From assembly GCA_046154735.1 (NCBI GenBank), contig JBJXFJ010000019.1, forward strand, positions 1 through 53,404: a stretch of 53,404 bases of DNA, given 5' to 3'. This stretch comes from Chloroflexota bacterium. GTDB taxonomy: Bacteria; Chloroflexota; UBA6077; JACCZL01. Of the stretch, positions 28,355 through 37,910 are shown piece after piece (position 1 is the stretch's first letter; every line of letters starts with the position of its first letter). The notes beneath the pieces are model-generated. The model saw only the letters and a list, made by a program, of their open reading frames with translations, made no database searches and had not been told where the DNA came from. The translations under genes were made by a program, and so were the position numbers.

Positions 28355-29817
28355 AACTCAGAGTTGGGAGACGGGGAGGGCGCTCGACCCGGGAGTGGAA
28401 CGTCGGCACAATGTCGAGCAGACGGAAGAATTTTCCCTGGATTGAACATCCTCCGAGGATCGAACGCTGCCCGCGCACGATCCATCATCATCAAGTCATC
28501 CTCCGAGAAGATCCAAGGCATGAAGTTGTTCTTCTCCAGACCAATGCCATGCTCACCGCTCAACGCGCCGCCGGCCGCCACGCACGCCTCCAGCAGCTCG
28601 TGCCCCGCCTGCATCACACGTTCCAGGGCGCCTGGCTCGCGGACATCGAACATGATCATGGGATGCAAATTCCCATCACCGGCGTGGAACACGTTTCCGA
28701 TGGGCAGTTTGTAGCGTTGTCCAATGTCCACAACCTTGTGAAGAATATCCGGAAGCTTTGAACGCGCCACCACGGCATCATGGAGGTAGTAGTTGGGCGC
28801 AACTCGCCCCATGGCCGCGGCCGCGCCCTTGCGCCCAGCCCAGAGCCTGGCTCGGGCCGCTGGCTCATCCGCCGAGCGAAGCTCCACAGCGCCCTGCTGT
28901 CTACACAGCGATTCAACGGCTGGGGCCTGCTCCGCCACGGTCTCGGCAAGTCCATCCAGCTCCACGAGCAAGACAGCTCCCGCATCGGGAGGATAGCCAG
29001 CATGAAATGCTGCTTCCACGGCCTGAAGCACAAGCTGATCCATGATCTCGAGCGCAGCGGGAACAACGCCAGCGGCAATGATTTCAGACACGGCCGCTGA
29101 GGCCTCTTCCACGGAACCAAAGATTGCCAGAATTGTCCGAGTCACTTCAGACCTGGGGAGAATTCGCACGGTAATTTCAGTGAAAAGGCCAATGGTGCCC
29201 TCTGAGCCAACGGCACAACCGAGTAGGTCATACCCTGGTCCATCGGGCGCTGGTCCGCCAAGCTCGATGACCGTGCCATCGTGAAGTACCAGATCGGCAG
29301 CGAGGACATGATTCGTCGTGGTTCCCAGAGCGAGGCAGTGCGGGCCGCCCGCATTGTTCGCGACATTGCCACCAATGGTGCTGGCCTTCTGGCTGGAAGG
29401 ATCCGGTGCGAAGAAGAATCCGTTTGGTTCCACAGCTTTCGTGATGTTGAGGTTAACGACGCCCGGCTCAAGCGTCATTGTGCGGTTCTCAAAGTCGGTC
29501 TCGTGGATGCTTCGCATCCGTGAGAAGGACACGACCACTCCACCCTGAATGGGAATGGCGCCTCCGGCAATCCCAGTGCCTGCCCCTCGGGGGACCACAG
29601 TTAACCCAGCCTCACCAACGATACGCGCGATTGACACGACCTCGGCCGCGGATCTTGGCGTGACCACCAGGTCCGGCGGCGATCGGTCGAGGCCGTAGTC
29701 GTACTCATAGACCAGGCGTTCTTCAACCCGATCCAGTACGGCGTCAGCCGGCAACACCGCTTGCAGTTGTGCAACGACGGGACGATAGCGGGCATCAGGT
29801 TCAAGGGAAAGTGTCAC
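28345..29817 (-). CDS. glcD: FAD-linked oxidase, glycolate oxidase subunit GlcD-like
   Basis: PRGAGTG, FAPDPSS, TIGGNVA, GSEGT, HAGDGNLHP, GEHGIGLEK, FNPGKI. Confidence 0.85.
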   Translation of the reverse strand: MTLSLEPDARYRPVVAQLQAVLPADAVLDRVEERLVYEYDYGLDRSPPDLVVTPRSAAEVVSIARIVGEAGLTVVPRGAGTGIAGGAIPIQGGVVVSFSRMRSIHETDFENRTMTLEPGVVNLNITKAVEPNGFFFAPDPSSQKASTIGGNVANNAGGPHCLALGTTTNHVLAADLVLHDGTVIELGGPAPDGPGYDLLGCAVGSEGTIGLFTEITVRILPRSEVTRTILAIFGSVEEASAAVSEIIAAGVVPAALEIMDQLVLQAVEAAFHAGYPPDAGAVLLVELDGLAETVAEQAPAVESLCRQQGAVELRSADEPAARARLWAGRKGAAAAMGRVAPNYYLHDAVVARSKLPDILHKVVDIGQRYKLPIGNVFHAGDGNLHPMIMFDVREPGALERVMQAGHELLEACVAAGGALSGEHGIGLEKNNFMPWIFSEDDLMMMDRARAAFDPRRMFNPGKILPSARHCADVPLPGRAPSPSPNSELWV

Positions 29818-30152
29818 CTTTGGTGCTCCTCAAGGCTGGATTATCGCAGATCAATGGGTGGCATTCTCCCGGAGTCAGATCACCGACAGGTTATGCAGCC
29901 TACGTGGCCAGTATTGCTCGATCAGCAGTACGTGTCACGGTGGGCGTGTAGCGGACTGAACCAAAAACACAAAACCATATCAGCGCTATCTCGAACTCGT
30001 GACTTGACCATAATTCAGCATTGCACCTCTTGAGCGGCGCTCGGCGGCTCTCGATAATCGCGGTAGGTTCGATCTAAGCCACGAGACTCTTCTTCGAAAC
30101 TCGTGGCGAACTTACTCGAGCGCTCGGCGATCACCGGGCAGAAGGATGTGCG

Positions 30153-30599
30153 ATGCACGGAAAACTTCGGGCCCTGGCACTCATGGTGGGGTTGTCGGCC
30201 CTGCCACTTCAGGTGACCCCAACATTTGCGGAAAGCTGCGATCTGATCGGCGCCAATAGCTCCTTCACGATTTCAGACGGCACTGGCACGAGCCGCTCCT
30301 GGCGATTCATTGTGGATGGAGTCGTATACCAGTCCGACACCTTTGACATGCTTGAGAAGCAGAAAAAGAAGAAGACCAGTAGTAAGAACAACACGTTAAA
30401 GGTACTCTTTGTCTTTAAGGACGAGAAGGGCATCACGCGGTCACCAAATGACGAACCAACCATGTCCGTCAGTGCATCGATTCAGGGCGAAATCAATGAA
30501 AACCAAGATTCGGGTACTCTGACGCTCAGAGACCGAACCACGAACAAGAAGTACCGCATTGATGATCCATCGGGGGGGTTGGCAATCAACTGCGGATGA
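30153..30599 (+). CDS. Hypothetical exported protein
   Basis: SD GAAGGA; signal peptide ending TFA|E; upstream TTGAGC-N17-GATAAT; followed by a terminator hairpin. Confidence 0.7.
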   Translation: MHGKLRALALMVGLSALPLQVTPTFAESCDLIGANSSFTISDGTGTSRSWRFIVDGVVYQSDTFDMLEKQKKKKTSSKNNTLKVLFVFKDEKGITRSPNDEPTMSVSASIQGEINENQDSGTLTLRDRTTNKKYRIDDPSGGLAINCG

Positions 30600-30624
30600 T
30601 TGACGACGTCAAAATGATCGTTGA

Positions 30625-30657
30625 GAAAGAGGGCGACTATTGAGCCGCCCTCTTTTC
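30625..30657 (+). terminator. Intrinsic terminator
   Basis: GAAAGAGGGCG-ACTATTGAGC-CGCCCTCTTTTC stem-loop with U-tract. Confidence 0.7.
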
Positions 30658-30734
30658 ATCCGTGCCTCGGAGCAATCCATTCATGGCACTCTAATTTGTT
30701 CCAGCGCCCGCGAACTGCGGTGGTGAGGTGAACC

Positions 30735-30857
30735 TGATATACTCACCAGGTCTGTGCACGGGATTACTTCCGTGCGTCTTTCTGCCTGCCGTTCGTCTCA
30801 GTTAGCACCACTGATGCGGTTCGCGATGGGCAATCCCATGGAAAGGAGGTGCAGTAC
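30735..30857 (+). promoter_or_regulatory. rpsF promoter (extended -10) and structured 5' leader, possibly S6:S18-type autoregulatory
   Basis: TGaTATACT at 30735-30743; hairpins TCAGT..ACTGA and ATGGG-CAAT-CCCAT abut the SD AGGAGG; upstream CTTTC/CCTGCC could pair with the SD. Confidence 0.4.
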
Positions 30858-31145
30858 GTGCAAGAGTACGAACTTATGTACGTCTTGACGCCCGAGCTTG
30901 ATGAAGCAGGGGTTGAAGAGGCGAATACACGCGTGACGACGATGTTGACCGACCGCGGAGGTGAGGTCACCGCCGTGGACTCGTGGGGCCGACGCCGTTT
31001 GGCGTATCCGATCGAGAATCACCTTGAGGGCGTGTACTCCGTAGTACGGCTCAAGTTGGGCTCCACTAGTATCACCGCGATCGAGCGTGATTTCCGGCTC
31101 AATGAGTCGGTGATTCGTCATTTACTCATTCGCCCAGTCGCCTAA
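30858..31145 (+). CDS. rpsF: 30S ribosomal protein S6
   Basis: YELMYVL, WGRRRLAYPI, LNESVIRHL; GTG 8 nt after AGGAGG. Confidence 0.96.
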   Translation: MQEYELMYVLTPELDEAGVEEANTRVTTMLTDRGGEVTAVDSWGRRRLAYPIENHLEGVYSVVRLKLGSTSITAIERDFRLNESVIRHLLIRPVA

Positions 31146-31168
31146 GTGGAGAAATAGGGGTCGGCGTT

Positions 31169-31582
31169 ATGGATATGGTCAAGATCACCCTGGTCGGGCG
31201 AGTGCAACCTCGGGATCCCGAGGCACGCTTTACCGCGGCCGGCCAACAGGTGACGACATTTCGAATGGTGTGCGGTCATGTGCGACGAGGTCGCGATGGT
31301 GAACGTGTAGAGGAATCGGATTGGTTCCAGGTCTCCACGTTTGGGCGGTTGGCTGAGACAGTAGCCAATCTTGTCACCAAGGGCAGTCGTGTGCTGGTTG
31401 AGGGGCGTTTCTCATCGCGAGTCTGGCAAGACAACGAGGGCAAGTCTCGGACAAGCCTCGAGGTCGTAGCTAATGACGTCCTCCTGCTTGACCAACGCCA
31501 GCGTGATGACCAGTCCGGCTCGTATGCACCCGCTTCTCGCCCTGATGCACCGGATTCAGATCTAGAGGACTTGCCGTTCTAA
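31169..31582 (+). CDS. ssb: Single-stranded DNA-binding protein
   Basis: [31 protein letters not shown]-terminal DLEDLPF; rpsF-ssb-rpsR synteny. Confidence 0.93.
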   Translation: MDMVKITLVGRVQPRDPEARFTAAGQQVTTFRMVCGHVRRGRDGERVEESDWFQVSTFGRLAETVANLVTKGSRVLVEGRFSSRVWQDNEGKSRTSLEVVANDVLLLDQRQRDDQSGSYAPASRPDAPDSDLEDLPF

Positions 31583-31947
31583 TGACAATGGACACTGAAA
31601 GCACTGCCGCGTCAAACAGCTCGTCGCCCCAGGGTCCCGGACCGATGGGCGATGGTCAGCGGCGACCTCCCCGACGGAAGGGTGAGGGCTATGGCCGCAA
31701 ATACACACCGCGTCGAAAAGTCTGCCAGTTTTGCGCGGACAAGATTAGCTACATTGACTTTAAGGATCTTTCGCGTCTCCGCCGACACCTCTCGGATCGG
31801 GGCAAAATTGAGCCGCGACGGAAGACCGGAACCTGCGCACTGCACCAGCGGGCGCTGGCCACGGCCGTCAAGCGCGCTCGCCACATGGCGCTGCTTCCGT
31901 ATACCGCGGAACATGTCCGTATCAGTGGGGTGCACGCCCGCGCGTGA
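31582..31947 (+). CDS. rpsR: 30S ribosomal protein S18 (Zn-binding C+ form, N-terminal extension)
   Basis: [41 protein letters not shown]. Confidence 0.96.
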   Translation: MTMDTESTAASNSSSPQGPGPMGDGQRRPPRRKGEGYGRKYTPRRKVCQFCADKISYIDFKDLSRLRRHLSDRGKIEPRRKTGTCALHQRALATAVKRARHMALLPYTAEHVRISGVHARA

Positions 31948-31968
31948 GCTCACTCGCGGAGCATCTTG

Positions 31969-31993
31969 AGCCGGGCTTCGTCCCGGCTTTTCC
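31969..31993 (+). terminator. Intrinsic terminator after rpsR
   Basis: AGCCGGG-CTTCGT-CCCGGCT followed by TTT. Confidence 0.6.
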
Positions 31994-32026
31994 CATTCCT
32001 CTCCAGATAGGTGCAATCATCGGCCG

Positions 32027-33226
32027 ATGTCAACACGACGAACGAACCCCCCATCAAAGAGCCGAAGCTTAACCGCGCGGCTCGCGCATTTGCGGCCCTC
32101 ATCCCGGCAGCTATCCAAATGGCAGCGCGAGCAAGAGCAGGAGCGACTTATCCGATTGGGTGTGCTTGGATTCGTTATTCTGGTCGTCCTGGTGCTCGGA
32201 ATTGGCTTCCTGCATGAATCGGTCCTGCGCGGGCGTGAAACCGTGGCCAATGTGTATGGGCAATCCATTACGCTCAGTGACATTGTTGAGCGTGCGCGGC
32301 CGCGAAGTCGAATGTTTGATGATCAGATTCGGCTCTACACTGCACAGGGTTTGAGTCAGCAAACGCCTCAACTCATCGCTCAAAAGAATCGATTACCGGA
32401 CACAATGCTTGATCAGATGATCGAGGAGTTACTTGTTCGACGTGAGGCCGCTTCGCGCAACGTCGTCGTCACGGATGCCGAGGTCGAAAGCAAACTTCAG
32501 GAGATTCTTGCTCAGCAGGATGCCTTGAGTCAGCCTGCACCCACACCCACCGCCACCCCGCTGGTCACTAGCACTCCCACACCTACCCTCAGCCCCTCGA
32601 TCACCCCATCTCCCACGAGCACGGCCACACCTTATCCTACGCTTCAACCTGAGAGCGCGAAATCAGCGTATGACGTGCTGCTGGAACGCAACGGCCTCGG
32701 AGACACTCAATTCCGAGAGCTTGTGCGATCTGATGCGCTGGAAGAAAAGCTTCGCCTGGCGATCGCCGCTGATGCACCGACGTCGGGCCCGCAAGTGCGC
32801 GCGCGCCATATCTTGCTGGATTCTCGTGAAAAGGCTGAAGAGGTGCGTGAGCGGCTCATGAGGGGTGAGGACTTCGCAGACCTGGCGCGCCAGGAGTCGA
32901 AAGACCCCGGTAGTAAAGATAAAGGTGGGGACCTAGGCTGGTTTGGGGCGGGGGTGATGAACCTTTCATTTGAGCTTGCCTCCTTTTCCCAGGACGTTGG
33001 AGCTATTGGGGACATTGTGGAATCCCGCAACGGGCAGCACATCATCCAGGTTCTCGAAAAGTCCGAAGATCGGCCATTTGATGCGGACACACTTCAGCGT
33101 AAGTCGCAGGATTCCTGGCGCACCTGGATCTCCACCGCTCAAGCGAATCCGGAAGTCAAGAACACCCTCGCGGCCGACCAACGTGACTGGGCCTTGCGCC
33201 AGCTTGGTGGCGTCCGTCGATCATAA
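32027..33226 (+). CDS. Membrane-anchored SurA/PrsA-like peptidylprolyl isomerase (parvulin)
   Basis: N-terminal TM, SurA-N-like region, VRARHILL, DFADLARQESKDPGSKDKGGDLGWF, GQHIIQV. Confidence 0.9.
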   Translation: MSTRRTNPPSKSRSLTARLAHLRPSSRQLSKWQREQEQERLIRLGVLGFVILVVLVLGIGFLHESVLRGRETVANVYGQSITLSDIVERARPRSRMFDDQIRLYTAQGLSQQTPQLIAQKNRLPDTMLDQMIEELLVRREAASRNVVVTDAEVESKLQEILAQQDALSQPAPTPTATPLVTSTPTPTLSPSITPSPTSTATPYPTLQPESAKSAYDVLLERNGLGDTQFRELVRSDALEEKLRLAIAADAPTSGPQVRARHILLDSREKAEEVRERLMRGEDFADLARQESKDPGSKDKGGDLGWFGAGVMNLSFELASFSQDVGAIGDIVESRNGQHIIQVLEKSEDRPFDADTLQRKSQDSWRTWISTAQANPEVKNTLAADQRDWALRQLGGVRRS

Positions 33227-33249
33227 GCCTACACTCCGTGTAGGAAACG

Positions 33250-33288
33250 AAACGAGCGATGACGGTACTTACCATCATCGCTCGTTTT
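33250..33288. terminator. Bidirectional terminator between convergent genes
   Basis: AAACGAGCGATGA..TCATCGCTCGTTTT inverted repeat. Confidence 0.7.
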
Positions 33289-33327
33289 AGTGTCGTCTGC
33301 GCTTTTAACGGTGCGCGTTGCCTGAAA

Positions 33328-34431
33328 TCAGGCCTGCACGAGAATTGCGTTCGATTGGTCGATCTGAACATTCACGAGATCGCCAATCTGGGGGACTCCA
33401 GCGGATGGTCCCGAGGTAGCTTCCGGAACGTGGGCGATTAGCCGGGCGCCATCCACCTGCACGTGTACCTCAATGACATCGCCCAGGTATGCCTGGGAAA
33501 GTACTGTGCCATTGAGATTGCCCTGGCCGCTCGCGCCGTTTGTCGTGAGCTGCAAGGCGGCCGGCCGGGTAGCAATGACGACCTCCTCGGTTCCCGTCAC
33601 GGCCGCTGAGCTTGCCAGCTTCAAGATGGGGCCTTCAGCTCCCACGCGCACCGTTGTTGCGTCAGCCGATCGATCAACGATGCTGGCCGGTACGAAGTTG
33701 GTAAATCCCACAAAATCAGCCACAAAGCGATTCACCGGCCATTTGAAGATGTCCCGTGCCGACCCATTCTGTTGTACCACACCGTCTTTCATGACCAGCA
33801 CCCTGTCGGATAGCACCATCGCCTCTGTCTGGTCATGGGTGACGTACACGGTAGTGACTTTGAGCCGTCGTTGAAGCTGCAAGAGCTCCACACGCATTTG
33901 GGCGCGGAGTTTCGCGTCCAGATTTGAGAGCGGCTCATCTAGCAACAGAATTCCAGGATTGCCAACGAGTGCGCGGGCGATTGCCACGCGCTGCTGCTGG
34001 CCACCGCTGAGCTTGGTAGCGGGACGGTTCTCAAAGCCACTTAGGCTGAGCATCTCGAGTGCCTCGAAGACGCGTGTCCGGATCTCCGCCTTAGGAGTTG
34101 AGCGAATTGTTAGGGGATAAGCCACGTTTTCAAACACCGTCATATGTGGCCAGATGGCATAGCTCTGAAATACCATGCCCGCGCCACGTTTTTCCGGAGG
34201 CTCAAATACACCTTGCTGGATTGAGGTCACCACGTGGTCACCAAATGAGATGTGACCCTCGTCCGGTGTCTCGAACCCTGCCAGGAGCCGCAGAGTGGTT
34301 GTTTTTCCACAACCACTTGGCCCCAACAGTGTCACGAGTTGCCCGTCTGGCACCTCAAAATTGACTTCATTAACCGCGCGGACGCCACCGTCGAACGCCT
34401 TGATCAGTCCGCGTACTTGAATCCCCGCCAC
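33328..34431 (-). CDS. ABC transporter ATP-binding protein (FbpC/PotA-like, TOBE domain)
   Basis: GPSGCGKTT, MVFQSYAIWPHM, LSGGQQQR, LLLDEP, YVTHDQ. Confidence 0.93.
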   Translation of the reverse strand: MAGIQVRGLIKAFDGGVRAVNEVNFEVPDGQLVTLLGPSGCGKTTTLRLLAGFETPDEGHISFGDHVVTSIQQGVFEPPEKRGAGMVFQSYAIWPHMTVFENVAYPLTIRSTPKAEIRTRVFEALEMLSLSGFENRPATKLSGGQQQRVAIARALVGNPGILLLDEPLSNLDAKLRAQMRVELLQLQRRLKVTTVYVTHDQTEAMVLSDRVLVMKDGVVQQNGSARDIFKWPVNRFVADFVGFTNFVPASIVDRSADATTVRVGAEGPILKLASSAAVTGTEEVVIATRPAALQLTTNGASGQGNLNGTVLSQAYLGDVIEVHVQVDGARLIAHVPEATSGPSAGVPQIGDLVNVQIDQSNAILVQA

Positions 34432-34475
34432 CGTGATATTCCTCCTGCTGCCGTTTGAACCCAGACCTTGCGGAC

Positions 34476-36257
34476 TTAGACGGCCGCCGGCTGCATTTCG
34501 ATCTCGCGCCTTTCAGGCGCCACAGCTCGCTCCCTCATGCGCTCGGCAATAATCTGGATCAGTCGAGTCACTCCAAGGGCACTCACCGCTACCAGGAGCA
34601 CCATGGAGAAGACCGCGGCCGCCACCGACTGTTGGGCGTTCTGCTGAAGCCCATAGATCGCAATTGAGAGAACTTCATTTCCTGGCGCATAGAGGACCAG
34701 GGGTACGGAGAGCTCACCACTGAGAATCACACCAATCACCAGCCAGCCATATAGAAAACTAGGCATGACAAGCTTCACAACGATTGATGTGAACGCCTGC
34801 ATCCACGAGGCACCGTGGATGCGCGCCGACTCCTCAAGGTCCTTGCTGAGCTGCGCAAGCGCTCCGGACATGACTCGCACACCCACAGGAATCACCGTAA
34901 CAATCATACCGATCAGCATGAGCCATGGCGTTCCATACAGCTCCTTGAGTCCAGGTACGCTGATGTACCCCCAGAGCAGACCGATTCCAAGCACGACCCC
35001 GGGCATGGTCCAGGGCGCCCACACGGCGAGATCAAGGGCACGCCGACCGCCAAATGTCGTTCGAGTCACAATGTAGGCGATGGCCGTGGTGATAATCATT
35101 CCGACGAATCCACCCACCAGGGCAATCATGATTGTATTCCGGGCGGCTCGCTGAACTACTGGTGAGTCCAAGGCCTTCTGGTAATTCTCCAGCGTGAAAC
35201 TCTGCCAGCTATAGACTCCAAAAATCTTCTGGAAAGAGCCAAGGAAGAGCTGAATGCCCGGGAGCACCAGTGCCAGAAGCACGTAAATGACGATAAGCGC
35301 CGAAAGAGCGTACTTGATCTTTCCGAGGTGCCAGATTTCGGGCTTATAGCCCTTGCCAGTAATGGTCACGAACTCTCGATGGCCGAGAATCTTCCACTGC
35401 AATAAGACGAGAGCCACCATCACAATCACGCCAGTCACGGCGAGAGCGGTGGCCTCAGGGTAGCGCGACGGGACGTAATTATTGATGTAATCCAGCATCT
35501 TCGTGGAGAAGACGTAGATGCCTGCCGGGAACCCTAGGAAGAGCGGTGTCTCCGTTGCTTGAAGCCCACGGATAAAGCTCAGCATCATAACGCCGAGAAT
35601 AGTGGGAGCGAGCACCGGAAGGTCCACGCGCAGGAGCGTCTGCATTCGGCCCGCGCCGGCGATTCGAGAGGCCTCCTCGAGCGCGAGATCCAACCCTTTG
35701 AATGCTCCCAGAAGCAGCAAGAATTTAAATGCAACCGTGGCGAGCGACATGACGAGAATCATGCCGGCCCAACTGTTGACGTCAAATAGTGGACCGCCCC
35801 CCGGGAATAATTGACGCCAGACTTGATTGATCATCCCAGCGCGGGCATTCCCAAGCATGGACCAGGCCAGCGAGAAGAAGATCTGCGGCATGACAAAGGC
35901 GAGCGTCATCACCGGCACGATCAGCCCACGCAACGGCACGTCCGTCCGCGCCACAATGAAGGCAAATGTAACCGCGATGACTGTTGAGATCAGGGTAACC
36001 GTCGTCGACAAGAAGAGCGAGTTACCCCAGCTATACAGCGTGGACATGTCGGTATAGGCTTTTTGATAGCCGATGAACGTCCAGTCACCGGGCAACCCTG
36101 GGCCTTGCGACTTAAAGCTACCGACGATCAACATTGCCAGCGGATAGACCGTGAGAAAGAAAACGATCGCTAGCAAGAGTAGGCCAACAACGCGAACGGG
36201 CCGGAACATCATCTGCGTGCTCCCGCGGGTTGAGGGCGCTGCGGTATCGGCTGCCAT
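34476..36257 (-). CDS. ABC transporter permease, fused two-domain FbpB-like
   Basis: Two EAA loops (LEEASRIAGA, LEESARIHGA), TGKGYKP linker; ATG at 36257 after SD AGGAGG. Confidence 0.9.
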   Translation of the reverse strand: MAADTAAPSTRGSTQMMFRPVRVVGLLLLAIVFFLTVYPLAMLIVGSFKSQGPGLPGDWTFIGYQKAYTDMSTLYSWGNSLFLSTTVTLISTVIAVTFAFIVARTDVPLRGLIVPVMTLAFVMPQIFFSLAWSMLGNARAGMINQVWRQLFPGGGPLFDVNSWAGMILVMSLATVAFKFLLLLGAFKGLDLALEEASRIAGAGRMQTLLRVDLPVLAPTILGVMMLSFIRGLQATETPLFLGFPAGIYVFSTKMLDYINNYVPSRYPEATALAVTGVIVMVALVLLQWKILGHREFVTITGKGYKPEIWHLGKIKYALSALIVIYVLLALVLPGIQLFLGSFQKIFGVYSWQSFTLENYQKALDSPVVQRAARNTIMIALVGGFVGMIITTAIAYIVTRTTFGGRRALDLAVWAPWTMPGVVLGIGLLWGYISVPGLKELYGTPWLMLIGMIVTVIPVGVRVMSGALAQLSKDLEESARIHGASWMQAFTSIVVKLVMPSFLYGWLVIGVILSGELSVPLVLYAPGNEVLSIAIYGLQQNAQQSVAAAVFSMVLLVAVSALGVTRLIQIIAERMRERAVAPERREIEMQPAAV

Positions 36258-36295
36258 TGCCTTCCTCCTGTCCACACCATCGTCCTCGACGCCGT

Positions 36296-36373
36296 GGACT
36301 CCTCTATCTGGATTGATTGCAGTCTCATTCGTGACGGTGCCCGAAGTCTACCGCCTTCGGCAATAGAGAGTCC
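36296..36373 (-). promoter_or_regulatory. Candidate structured 5' leader RNA of the ABC permease
   Basis: Closing stem GGACTCTCTAT/ATAGAGGAGTCC encloses hairpins TGCCGAAG..CTTCGGGCA and TCA-CGAA-TGA; lies between the promoter and the SD. Confidence 0.4.
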
Positions 36374-36387
36374 GCTCCACGAAGGCC

Positions 36388-36416
36388 AGTATAAGAACGA
36401 ATCGAATCCGGAGCAA
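36388..36416 (-). promoter_or_regulatory. Sigma70-type promoter of the permease-ATPase operon
   Basis: Minus strand TTGCTC-N17-TATACT. Confidence 0.55.
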
Positions 36417-36722
36417 CGATTACGCGAACACTACCGCACCGATTTCTGTCATCACAGTTGCAGCCCCCAGAACCGAGGTGACCTTAATCTACGAGTGACG
36501 CCATGTTCACCGTCCGGCCGAATTCGTTCAGCAACGCGGCCTAAAGTTCCATTCGCTGATAAGGCCGTGCCAAGCATGACTCAGGATGTAGGTTGAAACC
36601 AAGTGGTCGATTGAGCCGAGCTTCACGGGCGCTCACCCGCCATCATCCTTAGAGTATTCGCGGGTGTACAGGAGCGCGTGCGCTACGCTAGCATTGTCTG
36701 GAGTCGCTTGAAGGAGATCCAT

Positions 36723-37880
36723 GTGCGCAACGGATTTAAGGTGTTTGATGCTGACACTCATGTGCAGCCCTGGGCGGAGACAATTGAGCCGTACCTGAGC
36801 CCACGAGTGCGGGAGCTGGTGCCGGATCTGAATGAGCACCGTTCGGAAATTCGAGTTGGCCTTGCAGCGGAGGAGCGGAAGCCGCCCTATAAGCACTGGT
36901 ACCGATTCAGCGGTGAAGGCGGCTGGGGCTCTGGCAGGCCCCGCAAGCTCGGCGATGCGACTGCTGACCCCAATTCCAAGCGTCATTTCCAGAAATTCAT
37001 GGGGACGAAACACCCAACTGAGGGCGGCGGAGACCTTGCGGAGATTCGTCTGAAAGACATGGATGAAGAGGGCGTTGATGTGCACATGATGGTGCCCGCC
37101 GGCGCAAACGGCCATTCCAATCCTGAGGTGGAGCTGGAATTTATCCGTGCGAATCATCGATTTCTCAGCGACTTCTGCGGGAAGGCCCCTGAGCGGCTGA
37201 AGTCGCTCATTGTCGCCAGCGCTCGCTGCGTCGATGAGAGCGTCGAGGAGATCAAGCGGTGGGGCGACGCACGGTGGGCCGTGGGTGTGCAAACCTACCT
37301 ACCTCTGGACTATCCAATGGATCACCCGGATCTCGATCCCATCTGGAAGGCCGCGGCCGAGCGGAATCTCAGCGTGGTGCATCACAGTTTTGCTGGTGGC
37401 TACCCCGGATATCGGGACCTCTGGGAGAACCCGTTTATTGGGCGAACCGCCTCGCACCCATGGGGAGCAATGCGGGCTGTGGCTTCGTTCATCGGCGGCG
37501 GCGTGATGGAGCGCTATCCGGACATCAAGTTCACGGTACTGGAATGTGGCTTTGGCTGGCTGCCATTCTGGGCCAAGCGCATGAATGATCAGGTGATCTA
37601 CATGGGCTATGTGTCTGACGATCTCAAGAAGAGAGCCAGCGACTACCTGACGGACGGACGGTTCTTCACGAGCATTGTGATCCACGAGGGCGAGGATATG
37701 GTGAAGATGGTAAATTCCCTGATGGGTGATCAGATCCTGATGTTTGGATCCGACTATCCGCACGCGGAATCCCGTTTTCCGTCATCCGTGGATGATGTGC
37801 TGGGCTGGGCAACGCTGACCGACGAAGAGAAGCGCAAACTATTTTGGGAGAATCCCGTTCGCGCCTTTGGTGAGCCATAA
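36723..37880 (+). CDS. Amidohydrolase_2 family metal-dependent hydrolase/decarboxylase
   Basis: FDADTHV, RLKDMDEEGVD, LECGFGWLPFW, MFGSDYPH, LFWENP; GTG after SD AAGGAG. Confidence 0.88.
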   Translation: MRNGFKVFDADTHVQPWAETIEPYLSPRVRELVPDLNEHRSEIRVGLAAEERKPPYKHWYRFSGEGGWGSGRPRKLGDATADPNSKRHFQKFMGTKHPTEGGGDLAEIRLKDMDEEGVDVHMMVPAGANGHSNPEVELEFIRANHRFLSDFCGKAPERLKSLIVASARCVDESVEEIKRWGDARWAVGVQTYLPLDYPMDHPDLDPIWKAAAERNLSVVHHSFAGGYPGYRDLWENPFIGRTASHPWGAMRAVASFIGGGVMERYPDIKFTVLECGFGWLPFWAKRMNDQVIYMGYVSDDLKKRASDYLTDGRFFTSIVIHEGEDMVKMVNSLMGDQILMFGSDYPHAESRFPSSVDDVLGWATLTDEEKRKLFWENPVRAFGEP

Positions 37881-37910
37881 GTTGAGTTGAACAGGCGTCG
37901 TGGGGGACAC

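Noticed and set aside
30063-30075. GGTTCGA T-loop-like motif (also near 51104)
   Set aside because: No cloverleaf or acceptor stem can be built; not a tRNA
36330-36365. GCCGAAGG suggesting a glycine riboswitch
   Set aside because: The GGAGA and CUCUCAGG consensus elements are absent
36294-36596. 100-aa plus-strand ORF in the divergent intergenic region
   Set aside because: No SD or recognisable motifs; overlaps the promoter and leader of the permease
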